Source: an uncultured virus (IMG/VR IMGVR_UViG_3300008339_000030) (lineage: Duplodnaviria; Heunggongvirae; Uroviricota; Caudoviricetes). From it: a stretch of DNA of 64,000 nt. The translations under genes and the position numbers were made by a program. Positions 1 to 8,659 of this stretch are shown one piece after another. Numbering within the stretch: the first letter of the stretch is position 1; the number at the start of each line of letters is the position of its first letter. The stretch lies in IMG/VR virus record IMGVR_UViG_3300008339_000030, positions 1 through 64,000 of that record; one strand, 5' to 3'. Below the pieces are notes generated by a model. That model did no database searches, was not told the origin of the DNA, and saw only the letters and a program-made list of their open reading frames with translations.

Positions 1-6
1 CAAGTA

Positions 7-702
7 ATGCAATGGCCTGATTATAATGAAAATTTTTGGACCGATTTGAATACTATATTACCTAATGTTGAGTTATTTGAAATATATGGGGGAGAACCTT
101 TCTTAATCTCCCGCCATTTTCAAGTATTACAAAAAAGTATTGAGATGGGATATAGTAAAAAACAAAAGATACACTATAATACCAACGGAACTATTTTCCC
201 TGAAATAGCTGTAAAGGAAATCTGGCCACATTTTGAGGATGTGGATATTATGCTAAGTATTGATGGAATCGGACCACAATTTGAGTATCAACGATATCCT
301 GCCAAGTGGGATAGTGTTTTGAATAACATTCAAAGATTTAAAAATGAATTTTCAGGAAGAACGCAAATTTGTCTAACCGTCAGTTCCATTAATGTATTTT
401 ATCTACCTGAGTATCTTGAATTTTTTCAATCACAAGAAATACCTGTTTGGTTAAACATTTTATATCACCCTGAGGTTCTTTCAATTGTAAATCTTTCTTC
501 ATTCGCTAAGGATAAAATTAGTGAGAAAATCAATAAGTACACGCATTTAAATACTGACCTTACTTCCGTATTAAATTTTATGAATGCTGAAGGTAAGAAT
601 CTAGAACAGGAATTCATTCACAAAATGAAAACTCATGATGAATACCGTAAACAACATTATGCTTCTGTGTATGAGGAATTTTCAAACATATTGACACTAT
701 GA
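7..702 (+). CDS. Radical SAM protein, C-terminal part (probably truncated by the window edge)
   Basis: GGEPF, YNTNGT and LSIDG...YQRYPAKW motifs. Resembles the second half of 1644..2936. The CxxxCxxC motif is not in the window. Confidence 0.8.
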   Translation: MQWPDYNENFWTDLNTILPNVELFEIYGGEPFLISRHFQVLQKSIEMGYSKKQKIHYNTNGTIFPEIAVKEIWPHFEDVDIMLSIDGIGPQFEYQRYPAKWDSVLNNIQRFKNEFSGRTQICLTVSSINVFYLPEYLEFFQSQEIPVWLNILYHPEVLSIVNLSSFAKDKISEKINKYTHLNTDLTSVLNFMNAEGKNLEQEFIHKMKTHDEYRKQHYASVYEEFSNILTL

Positions 703-1634
703 AAAAGAAACTGTTAATAACGCTAGGATGTAGTTTTACCGAAGGAGTTGGTGCATACGATTTGAATAAAATTCCTTCTGTCCATCGTCCAAACAATATT
801 GGAAATGATTTTGTTGTAGAGAGATACAAATTGTATAGACCAAGATTTCATATGCATAGTTGGTCTCGTTATTTACAAAAGAGTCTAAATTATGATGTGT
901 TGATAAATTTGGGGTTAGGAGGTTCTAGTGATTCAAATGCAATTAAACGATTTATAGAAGTATTTGATGAAAATTCTTTATCTGAAAATTATGATGTATT
1001 AGTTGTATGGGGTCTTACTTTTCCTGAAAGAATATCATTCTATAAAGATGGTAAAAATGTTAGTATATTACCTGGGTATAAACATGGCGACACCAATCAC
1101 TATTCACTCGGTGTCTCTTATAATAATTTTACCCAAAATAATATATTGGATCATTTTCTAGAACAAATTTTCCATGTCAAAACCATGAGAAATTTATGTA
1201 ACCGTTATAGTTTCAACTTCTTATATTTTTCTATGTTTAATTTTAAAACGAATATTCCAACTAATCTTGCTGAACTACATACTAAATATTTTTCACACGA
1301 TGAGTACTTAAATTCCTATCTTCCGGATTCAAATTTTTTGTTAAAAAATAATGAATATAAAAATATATCTGATGCTGATATCACAACTATGGATAAATTT
1401 AAAAGATTTTTCCCTTCTGTTGAAGAAATGTTTCGTGTAGGAATGTTATCACCTGTATGTGGTCATCCCAATGAATATGGATATAGATTCTTATCCCATA
1501 GATTATTTTCTATAATAGAACAAAAATTTCCACAATATGTAAATCATAACACTCCGGATTTTTTCAGTAGCCTATACTGGGGTGAACCTTCAACTTGGGT
1601 GGGTATTTTACCCTACCAACAAACTATCAAATAG
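699..1634 (+). CDS. Hypothetical SGNH-hydrolase-like protein
   Basis: N-terminal GCSFT, NLGLGGSS and C-terminal GHPN resemble SGNH blocks. ATGA overlap with the upstream gene. Confidence 0.5.
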   Translation: MKKKLLITLGCSFTEGVGAYDLNKIPSVHRPNNIGNDFVVERYKLYRPRFHMHSWSRYLQKSLNYDVLINLGLGGSSDSNAIKRFIEVFDENSLSENYDVLVVWGLTFPERISFYKDGKNVSILPGYKHGDTNHYSLGVSYNNFTQNNILDHFLEQIFHVKTMRNLCNRYSFNFLYFSMFNFKTNIPTNLAELHTKYFSHDEYLNSYLPDSNFLLKNNEYKNISDADITTMDKFKRFFPSVEEMFRVGMLSPVCGHPNEYGYRFLSHRLFSIIEQKFPQYVNHNTPDFFSSLYWGEPSTWVGILPYQQTIK

Positions 1635-1643
1635 ATTGTAAAA

Positions 1644-2936
1644 ATGCAAAAAGAGTTTAAAGTTTTTCCTATTAAAACTAATACAGCATGCCAGTTCAAA
1701 TGGACCTGGAGTACATTATTTCTTTCTGAGGGGTCTTCCTCTAGTTGTCATCGCTGTCATGGGTGGGATGTGTCTGATGATATCCAAAACTTCCATAATC
1801 ATCCGGATAAAATAAAGGATAGAGAAAAGATGTTGGCCGGTGAATGGCCAGGTAACGGCTGTGAATATTGTAAGACAATTGAAGATGCAGGGGGTGCCAG
1901 TGAAAGAACTTCTTTTATTAATGATTTAGACCTTGTCCCTAAAGAATTGTTTGATGTTCCTGATGCCACTCACGTTACTCCTAGAATTCTGGAAGTATAC
2001 TTCACCAATGTTTGTAATCAAAAGTGTGTTTATTGCTCGCCATTCTTCAGTTCATTAATTCAGAATGAAATTGAACGCTTTGGTCCCATTGAAGCTGAAT
2101 ATGACCTGATGGGATTCAAAAGTAGAGAAGGATATGAACATAGAAAAGAAGAATTCTGGAAGTGGATGGATAAACATTCTACCGACTTATATCATTTTCA
2201 AATTTTGGGCGGAGAACCTATGTACCAACCTGAATTTGAAGAATGTCTATCATTTTTTGAGGCTAGACAACATCCAAATACCAATTGGAAAATATTTAGT
2301 AACTTAAAGCATGATCCCGCACAGTTTAAGAAAAAAATTGAGCGCGTGGGTACATTAATTGATAGCGGAAAATTACAATCATTTGAAATTGTGTGTAGTA
2401 TGGATTGTTGGGGCCCTGAAGCAGAGTTTGCTCGATATGGTATGAGTTTAGATGAGTGGAAAACTAACTTTGAAACACTAATGACTTCACCTCACGTTAG
2501 AGTTTCTGTCCATTCTACTATCACGCCATTAACCTTGCCTACTATGGCAGAATTTTATAGTTTTTTAAATGACTGGAAAAAAACAAAATATATCAATTAC
2601 GGTTGGAATATTGTTGTGACACCATCATTTATGGACCCATGTATTATTGGCCATCATGCAACAAAATATTTTGATGACCTTATAGAACAAATACCTGTTG
2701 AGGAGTTCCCTAGAAAAAATTATCTAGATGGTTTTAAGCAAAAGGTAGTGAAACATGACATTGATCCTGTTCGCCTACGTAAGTTGTGGGATTATTTGGA
2801 TAAAATAGATGTTAGACGAGGAACCGATTGGAAAGCAATTTATCCTTGGTTATATAACATTTGTGTTGAGCATGCAAAAGATATTAAACTCAACCATGTT
2901 GATAACATAGAACTGATTAGTTTGAAAAAGAAATGA
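1644..2936 (+). CDS. Radical SAM protein with extra N-terminal Cys cluster (twitch-like)
   Basis: CNQKCVYC (CxxxCxxC), GGEP, and N-terminal C...CHRC...CEYC. Confidence 0.85.
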   Translation: MQKEFKVFPIKTNTACQFKWTWSTLFLSEGSSSSCHRCHGWDVSDDIQNFHNHPDKIKDREKMLAGEWPGNGCEYCKTIEDAGGASERTSFINDLDLVPKELFDVPDATHVTPRILEVYFTNVCNQKCVYCSPFFSSLIQNEIERFGPIEAEYDLMGFKSREGYEHRKEEFWKWMDKHSTDLYHFQILGGEPMYQPEFEECLSFFEARQHPNTNWKIFSNLKHDPAQFKKKIERVGTLIDSGKLQSFEIVCSMDCWGPEAEFARYGMSLDEWKTNFETLMTSPHVRVSVHSTITPLTLPTMAEFYSFLNDWKKTKYINYGWNIVVTPSFMDPCIIGHHATKYFDDLIEQIPVEEFPRKNYLDGFKQKVVKHDIDPVRLRKLWDYLDKIDVRRGTDWKAIYPWLYNICVEHAKDIKLNHVDNIELISLKKK

Positions 2937-4387
2937 TAATCTGGGGTATATCTGCCAATAGCCATGATGCTGCCATCTCTGTGGTCCAAGATGGCGAAAT
3001 CTTGTATGCATCACAATCTGAACGATATTCAGGAATAAAAAATGATGCTCATTTAAATCCGGGCATTGTTACAGACGCCAAACGATATGGTGAGCCTGAT
3101 GTTGTTGTGTGGTATGAGAATCCTTGGCTGAAAACGTTACGGCAACTTCGTGCAGGACAAGGATGGATCAATAATAGTATTAGAGGGTATCTAAACAAAT
3201 ACAACATCACGGCACCCGTCACTACTGTAGGACATCACCATAGTCATGCAGCGGGAGGATATTATACCTCCCCATTTAAAGAAGCGGCTGTATTAGTAAT
3301 TGATGCCATCGGTGAGTTTGACACCACAACCATTTGGCATGGCACAGATAACAATCTAACAAAGAAATTCTCTGTTAAATATCCACATAGTTTAGGGTTG
3401 TGGTATTCAGCCATGACCCAACGAATAGGATTAAAACCCAATGAAGAAGAATATATTCTCATGGGCATGGCGGCATATGGGGATCCTTTGAAGTATACCC
3501 CAATGATTTTGGAAGATTTCTTTGATAGCAGAGACATTTTGAAGTTGAATGATAATCTTCATCGAGGATGCATGAACTGGCGCCCTGAATTGAAATCTCA
3601 ACAAGACTTGTATGATATTGCCGCGGCAACACAATTTGTCTACGAACTATATTTTCATGATTTAGTAGATAAGGCACAAAAACTCACAGGAAGTAAAAAC
3701 TTAGTGTTGGGTGGCGGGTGTGCCTTGAATTGTGTTGCCAATAATATTGCCTTCCAATATTTTGAGAATGTCTGGATTATGCCAAATCCAGGCGATGCAG
3801 GAAATAGTCTCGGTGCCATTGCTGCTCATCAACAAGAATTCTTGAACTGGCGTGGTCCCTATCTTGGATTTGATATGGGTGTGAAATATCCCACGGGACA
3901 ATTGATTGAAACACTACAGAAAGATGGCATTACAGGTGTGGCATTTGGTCGTGCAGAATTTGGTCCTCGTGCTTTAGGACATAGAAGTTTATTGGCTGAT
4001 CCTCGCGGTGATGACATCAAGGATAAGGTGAATGTCATCAAGAAACGACAGAAGTTCCGTCCCTTTGCACCTGCCATTCTTGCCGAACATGCCCATGAGT
4101 ATTTTCACATGCCTACTATGGAAAGTCCCTATATGCAATACACGGCATTGTGCAAACATCCTTTACAATTCCCTGCCATTGTACACGCAGATGGGACATC
4201 TCGCGTACAAACGGTTTCTCAAAAGGATTCACCCTACTTTCATAGTTTCTTACAAGAATGGTACAAAGAAACTGGATGCCCGATGATTTTAAATACCAGT
4301 TTAAACATTAAAGGTAAACCTATGGTGAACAACCGCATTGATGCTATAGAGTTTTCCAAACGATATTCGGTGCCTGTACATACTTGA
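2933..4387 (+). CDS. Carbamoyltransferase (NodU/CmcH family)
   Basis: HDAA, HHHSHA, DAIGE, GGCALN, EFGPRALGHRS, RPFAP and LNTSLN motifs. Confidence 0.93.
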   Translation: MIIWGISANSHDAAISVVQDGEILYASQSERYSGIKNDAHLNPGIVTDAKRYGEPDVVVWYENPWLKTLRQLRAGQGWINNSIRGYLNKYNITAPVTTVGHHHSHAAGGYYTSPFKEAAVLVIDAIGEFDTTTIWHGTDNNLTKKFSVKYPHSLGLWYSAMTQRIGLKPNEEEYILMGMAAYGDPLKYTPMILEDFFDSRDILKLNDNLHRGCMNWRPELKSQQDLYDIAAATQFVYELYFHDLVDKAQKLTGSKNLVLGGGCALNCVANNIAFQYFENVWIMPNPGDAGNSLGAIAAHQQEFLNWRGPYLGFDMGVKYPTGQLIETLQKDGITGVAFGRAEFGPRALGHRSLLADPRGDDIKDKVNVIKKRQKFRPFAPAILAEHAHEYFHMPTMESPYMQYTALCKHPLQFPAIVHADGTSRVQTVSQKDSPYFHSFLQEWYKETGCPMILNTSLNIKGKPMVNNRIDAIEFSKRYSVPVHT

Positions 4388-4412
4388 CAAACCACAATGA
4401 ATGATGTATATT
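4384..4412 (+). promoter_or_regulatory. Sigma70-type (early) promoter for DNA ligase
   Basis: TTGACA (4384-4389), 17 bp spacer, TATATT (4407-4412). GAGGA RBS lies before ATG 4446. Confidence 0.7.
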
Positions 4413-4445
4413 ACATATAGACTCTTAAACGAGGATATATCATTC

Positions 4446-5738
4446 ATGGTGAACCAAATCTTTGAGCAACTTGCCGCGACTACCAGCCGCCTAGAAAAAG
4501 AAGCCATTCTTAAGGAACACCTTGCGGACCTAACACTCCGCAAGGTGTTATTTCTTGCTCTTGATCCATATACACAGTTTTACATTCGACGCATCATGCC
4601 ATATAAGACGGGCGTGAGAAACACCCATATCACACTTACACAAGCATTGGATGAATTGGAAAAGTTTTCTTCTCGGACCTTGACGGGAAATGCAGCATTT
4701 CATCATCTTCACTGGATCCTGGAATCTCTTGATGCCGATGATGCCAAGGTGATTGAACGTGTCATTGAAAAGGATTTGAGGTGTGGGGTGTCTGAGGCTA
4801 CAGTAAACAAGATTTGGCCTAACTTGATTCCCACATATCCTGTCATGTTGGCATCTGGATTTGATGAGAAAATCATGAATAAAATGACCTATCCCGCCTA
4901 TGTGCAATTGAAGTTGGATGGGATGCGATTCAATGCCATCGTGGAAAATGGTAAAGTGGACTTTCGTTCACGAAACGGTAAGCAAATTGATTTGCTTGGA
5001 AATCTTGAAGCCGAGTTTCTACAATTGGCAGGTGAACTCCCTGTGGTGTTTGATGGTGAATTGGTTGTGAGAGAACGTTCTGGCAATATCATGAACCGTC
5101 AGAAAGGTAATGGCATCTTAAACAAGGCGGTAAAGGGTACCGTCTCTGAGAACGAAGCTGGTATGGTGGAAGCTGTGGTCTGGGATATCATTCCTTTGGA
5201 TCATTTCAAGCAAGGTGAGTCCAAATGTTCCTATGAGTCGCGCTTTCAAATTCTTGAAGCAATGGAGATGCCTGAACGTGTTTCATTGATTGAAAATATT
5301 GAAGTCATTTCAGAGGATGAGGCTCATCATTTGTTCGAGGAATATTTCGCCAAGGGAGAGGAAGGTATCATTCTCAAGGACATCACCAAGGGATGGGAAG
5401 ATAAGCGCGTAAAGCATCAAGTGAAGTTCAAGGGTGAGTTGGAATGTGACCTTCGTTGTGTGGATTGGCAAGAAGGTACGGGGAAAAATGTGGGAAGATT
5501 GGGGGCACTGGTACTAGAATCTGCTGACGGCATCATTCAGGTGAATGTTGGGTCAGGATTCACAGATGAACAGCGTGATAAATATACAAAGAGTAATACT
5601 GTAGGCAAGATTGTTGCCGTCAAGTATAACGCACGTATTTGTGACAAAAAGACCAACGTGGAAAGTCTATTTCTACCGGTTTTTCTTGAATTACGTGAGG
5701 ATAAGAGTGTTGCTGATTCGTCAACCATTATTAAATGA
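4446..5738 (+). CDS. ATP-dependent DNA ligase (T4 gp30-like)
   Basis: KLDGMR, FDGEL, EGIILK, VGSG and SLFLPVF...REDK motifs. Start moved to ATG 4446 because of the RBS and promoter. Confidence 0.95.
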   Translation: MVNQIFEQLAATTSRLEKEAILKEHLADLTLRKVLFLALDPYTQFYIRRIMPYKTGVRNTHITLTQALDELEKFSSRTLTGNAAFHHLHWILESLDADDAKVIERVIEKDLRCGVSEATVNKIWPNLIPTYPVMLASGFDEKIMNKMTYPAYVQLKLDGMRFNAIVENGKVDFRSRNGKQIDLLGNLEAEFLQLAGELPVVFDGELVVRERSGNIMNRQKGNGILNKAVKGTVSENEAGMVEAVVWDIIPLDHFKQGESKCSYESRFQILEAMEMPERVSLIENIEVISEDEAHHLFEEYFAKGEEGIILKDITKGWEDKRVKHQVKFKGELECDLRCVDWQEGTGKNVGRLGALVLESADGIIQVNVGSGFTDEQRDKYTKSNTVGKIVAVKYNARICDKKTNVESLFLPVFLELREDKSVADSSTIIK

Positions 5739-5745
5739 GGTCGTT

Positions 5746-5934
5746 ATGACTAAGCATGAAGAATATACCGAAGCATTAATGGAACAATGTGAACAAAAAA
5801 TTCATTATATTTTTCTTGATATTGAAGATGAGTTAGACAACATTGAACAAGAACTAGAAACCGAAGCATCCAAAATTTTATTGAGTTGGGTACGCGATAG
5901 TATCCGGCGTGTTTCAGACAACTACAAAGTATAA
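5746..5934 (+). CDS. Small acidic hypothetical protein
   Basis: ATG 5746 with GAGG RBS, in frame with ORF 5611..5934 (MTKHEEYTEALM...). Confidence 0.6.
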   Translation: MTKHEEYTEALMEQCEQKIHYIFLDIEDELDNIEQELETEASKILLSWVRDSIRRVSDNYKV

Positions 5935-5937
5935 ATA
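5930..5937 (+). promoter_or_regulatory. T4-type late promoter TATAAATA
   Basis: Exact gp55 consensus, 5 bp before ATG 5943. Confidence 0.6.
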
Positions 5938-5942
5938 ATTTT

Positions 5943-6209
5943 ATGCCGACATATGAATATCAGTGTGAAAAATGTGAGCATTATTTCACGAAGTATACTA
6001 GCATCTCTAACATGAACCTAGCCGAGGAAGAGCCATGTCCTAATTGTACAGAACTGGCAGTCAAGAAGGTGATGTTTACCGCTCCTTCTATTGGTGACCC
6101 CGTGCGTCTACGTATTCGACGCCCTGATGGTGGATTCAAAGAGGTACTACAAAAAATTCATGAAAAGACCCCAGGTTCACGTATCAATAACAACAGTAGT
6201 TTCATTTAA
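5943..6209 (+). CDS. FmdB-family zinc-ribbon protein
   Basis: MPTYEYQCEKC...CPNC, typical of the family and common in T4-like phages. Confidence 0.85.
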   Translation: MPTYEYQCEKCEHYFTKYTSISNMNLAEEEPCPNCTELAVKKVMFTAPSIGDPVRLRIRRPDGGFKEVLQKIHEKTPGSRINNNSSFI

Positions 6210-6230
6210 ACATCTTTCATTTCACGGTTT

Positions 6231-6266
6231 AACTCCGGCGGAGCCTGCGCTCTGTCGGAGTTTTTT
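6231..6266 (+). terminator. Rho-independent terminator-like hairpin
   Basis: AACTCCGGCGGAGC-ctgc-GCTCTGTCGGAGTT forms a 14 bp stem with 2 G:U pairs, followed by a T run. Confidence 0.65.
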
Positions 6267-6290
6267 CACCCCCTACCATGCGAGAACGTC

Positions 6291-7037
6291 ATGTCACGTA
6301 AAAAGCGTCTCAAACTTGTTGCTCCTGAAATCCCCACGTTCAACAAGAATATCTTAACTTCCTCTGACCTCAAAAACATTTACCCTTTAACCCACAATCA
6401 AGAAACATTTTTCAATTTGTATCGTAAAGGACATTGTGCCATGTTACTACATGGTGTTGCAGGAACAGGTAAAACGTATATCGCCATGTATAATGCATTT
6501 CAGGAAATTTTAAGTGAAGATGCTGAAGTTAAGAAACTTGTGATTGTTCGTTCAGCAGTACCATCAAGAGATATTGGTTTTCTCCCAGGCAATGAAAAAG
6601 ATAAAGTAGAGGTCTATTCCCAACCTTACCAAGAAATATGTGAGGATTTATTTCCAAGATTTGGACCCAAGGCATACACAAAACTAAAGGAACAAAATCT
6701 TGTTAATTTCATGGTGACGTCCTATGTTCGCGGATTGACGTTAGACAACTGTATTGTCATTGTGGATGAAGTTCAAAATCTCAACGACATGGAATTGAAT
6801 AGCATCATGACTCGCGTTGGACAAAACACCAAGATTATTTTCTGCGGAGATTTTCGTCAAACCGATTTGAATAGAAAACATGATGTGTCTGGATTAAGAA
6901 AGTTCATGCAAATTGCCAATCATATGCAATCATTCCGTCATGTGGAATTCCAAGTGCAAGATATTGTTCGTAGCCAATTGGTGAAAGAATATATCATTGC
7001 CAGAATGCAATGCGAGGATTTACAACTCGTATCTTGA
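6291..7037 (+). CDS. phoH: PhoH-family ATPase
   Basis: GVAGTGKT, IGFLPG, RGLTLD, DEVQN, GDFRQTD and DIVRS motifs. Confidence 0.93.
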   Translation: MSRKKRLKLVAPEIPTFNKNILTSSDLKNIYPLTHNQETFFNLYRKGHCAMLLHGVAGTGKTYIAMYNAFQEILSEDAEVKKLVIVRSAVPSRDIGFLPGNEKDKVEVYSQPYQEICEDLFPRFGPKAYTKLKEQNLVNFMVTSYVRGLTLDNCIVIVDEVQNLNDMELNSIMTRVGQNTKIIFCGDFRQTDLNRKHDVSGLRKFMQIANHMQSFRHVEFQVQDIVRSQLVKEYIIARMQCEDLQLVS

Positions 7038-7062
7038 CAAACACAACGTAATAAGATAATTT
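7034..7062 (+). promoter_or_regulatory. Possible sigma70-type promoter
   Basis: TTGACA (7034-7039), 17 bp spacer, TAATTT. The -10 match is weak. Confidence 0.4.
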
Positions 7063-7068
7063 TATATC

Positions 7069-7746
7069 ATGAAAACATTTATACACAACCCCGTTGAAAT
7101 TGAAGAAATCTCAGCCACTACTGGTACTGATGGGAATAGAGTTTATCAAACGCCTGACGGTAAACTCTATCCCTCAGTAACCACAGTGTTATCTCAGCAT
7201 ACCAAAAAAGGTATTATGGAGTGGAGAGAACGTGTAGGTGCGGATGAAGCCAATAAGATATCTCGGCAAGCCGCCACACGTGGCACCAAGTTTCATACCC
7301 TGGCGGAACGATATCTGAAAAATGCTCCTCAGGAAAAACTGTTCCCAGATAGTTCATTAAAGTCAGTGCTAGACCAAGAACTGTTTGAGATTGCTAAATC
7401 AGAACTGAATAAGATTGACAACATTCGGGCTCAAGAAGTTGCATTATGGTCCCATCACTTACGATTGGCGGGGCGGGTGGATTGCATTGCTGAATATGAA
7501 GGAAAACTGAGTGTCATTGACTTCAAGACAGCTCGCAGAGAAAAAGATGTGGAGCATATTCAACATTACTTCATGCAGGCATCCGCATATGCTGTGATGT
7601 TTGAAGAACGTACAGGCATTCCTGTGAATAGATTGGTGATTGCCATTGCAGTTGAAGATGGATTCATGCAAGTATTTCAAAGTAAACGAGATGCTCATAT
7701 TGAAGGATTATTATACTATCGTGATATGTACGAAGTAATGAAGTGA
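7069..7746 (+). CDS. PD-(D/E)XK exonuclease (Cas4-like phage exonuclease)
   Basis: YPSVTTVL, RGTKFH, AGRVD, IDFKT and Q..AY motifs. Confidence 0.88.
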   Translation: MKTFIHNPVEIEEISATTGTDGNRVYQTPDGKLYPSVTTVLSQHTKKGIMEWRERVGADEANKISRQAATRGTKFHTLAERYLKNAPQEKLFPDSSLKSVLDQELFEIAKSELNKIDNIRAQEVALWSHHLRLAGRVDCIAEYEGKLSVIDFKTARREKDVEHIQHYFMQASAYAVMFEERTGIPVNRLVIAIAVEDGFMQVFQSKRDAHIEGLLYYRDMYEVMK

Positions 7747-7748
7747 TG

Positions 7749-7756
7749 TATAAATA
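7749..7756 (+). promoter_or_regulatory. T4-type late promoter upstream of the tmRNA gene
   Basis: TATAAATA directly before the acceptor piece. Confidence 0.7.
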
Positions 7757-7761
7757 GTATT

Positions 7762-8047
7762 GTAGGATGGTAGTAGATTGCTTAAATAGAAACTTTTCTT
7801 GGACAGGGGTTCGACTCCCCTCACCTCCACTCAGAAGTGCTCAGAAGTATGTTGGTTCGTAGTTTAGGGGGTGCCTGGTTTCGACAGGGGAAGAAGTACA
7901 GGAGAGAGCTACCCGAGAGGCGACTGCCGCAAGCAGAGCAAAAACAATTAAATGACAACAATTACATGTCATTCGCTACCTCTTACGCCTTAGCTGCGTA
8001 AGACACTTTAGCCGGGTTAAGGGGGTTCCTGGGAACAGAATACCCCC
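7762..8047 (+). ncRNA. ssrA: Circularly permuted two-piece tmRNA: acceptor piece ~7762-7830, intervening segment 7831-7866, coding piece 7867-~8047
   Basis: The T-arm AGGGG-TTCGACT-CCCCT and CACCTCC-A (7805-7829) come before the 5' end GGGGGTGCCTGGTTTCGAC (7867). GGGGGTG pairs with CACCTCC and gives a G3:U pair. The tag frame 7954-8001 reads DNNYMSFATSYALAA-stop. Outer ends are approximate. Confidence 0.9.
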
Positions 8048-8059
8048 ATTCCCCTTTCT

Positions 8060-8638
8060 ATGAATATGATACCTGAAAACACAGAAAAAATACACATATT
8101 ATTTTCAGGAGGTGCCGATAGCACCATTTTGTTGTATTTGTTATGTAAAGAAAAACATGACAAAAATTTATCAGTACCTATAATATGCCATGTGATGCTT
8201 AAAAAGCCCAAACATATTGATGAAATTATTGAGTACATTTCAAATAAATTCTCGCAGAAAATAGATTGTATATTCTGGAGTAGAAAGTTTTTCATTCGTG
8301 TATTTGTGGAATCTATACAAAAAATATATGGGGGCGTGGTGTTTTCTGGCTGTAATAAAGTTTTAACTGAAGAATTTACTCCGTCTTTTTTCATTCTAGG
8401 AGACACACCCCCTGTTCGCGGCCCTGCCTTCAATGAAAATCATATTCGTCCGTTCATTGACATAGATAAGGCAGAAATTATAAAATTCTATATAGATAAT
8501 AATGAACATGTACTATTAGATAAAACCATATCGTGTGGGGCATATGATGATGAGACCGGTTCTAAATGTGGGGGACAATGTTACTTTTGTCTTGAAAGAG
8601 ACTGGGCACTGAAACAACTTAATATAAATACTAGATAA
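8060..8638 (+). CDS. QueC-like PP-loop ATPase
   Basis: SGGADS PP-loop, RPF...K, and a C-terminal TISC...CGGQCYFC Zn cluster. Confidence 0.7.
   Translation: MNMIPENTEKIHILFSGGADSTILLYLLCKEKHDKNLSVPIICHVMLKKPKHIDEIIEYISNKFSQKIDCIFWSRKFFIRVFVESIQKIYGGVVFSGCNKVLTEEFTPSFFILGDTPPVRGPAFNENHIRPFIDIDKAEIIKFYIDNNEHVLLDKTISCGAYDDETGSKCGGQCYFCLERDWALKQLNINTR
8623..8630 (+). promoter_or_regulatory. T4-type late promoter
   Basis: TATAAATA about 30 bp upstream of the S8 protease ATG, which has a GGAG RBS. Confidence 0.7.
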
Positions 8639-8659
8639 TAACAAAATTTTGGAGATTTT

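Noticed and set aside
7069..7746. Cas4 as part of a CRISPR-Cas system
   Set aside because: No array or other cas genes are present and the Fe-S Cys set is absent. This is a common T4-like exonuclease.
7801..7830. Standalone tRNA or attP-like tRNA fragment
   Set aside because: There is no anticodon arm, and the acceptor strand pairs with the downstream GGGGGTG, so it is the tmRNA acceptor piece.
8060..8638. Complete 7-deazaguanine DNA modification pathway
   Set aside because: Only a divergent QueC-like gene is present. No folE, queD or dpdA was recognised, and the radical SAM proteins do not look like QueE.
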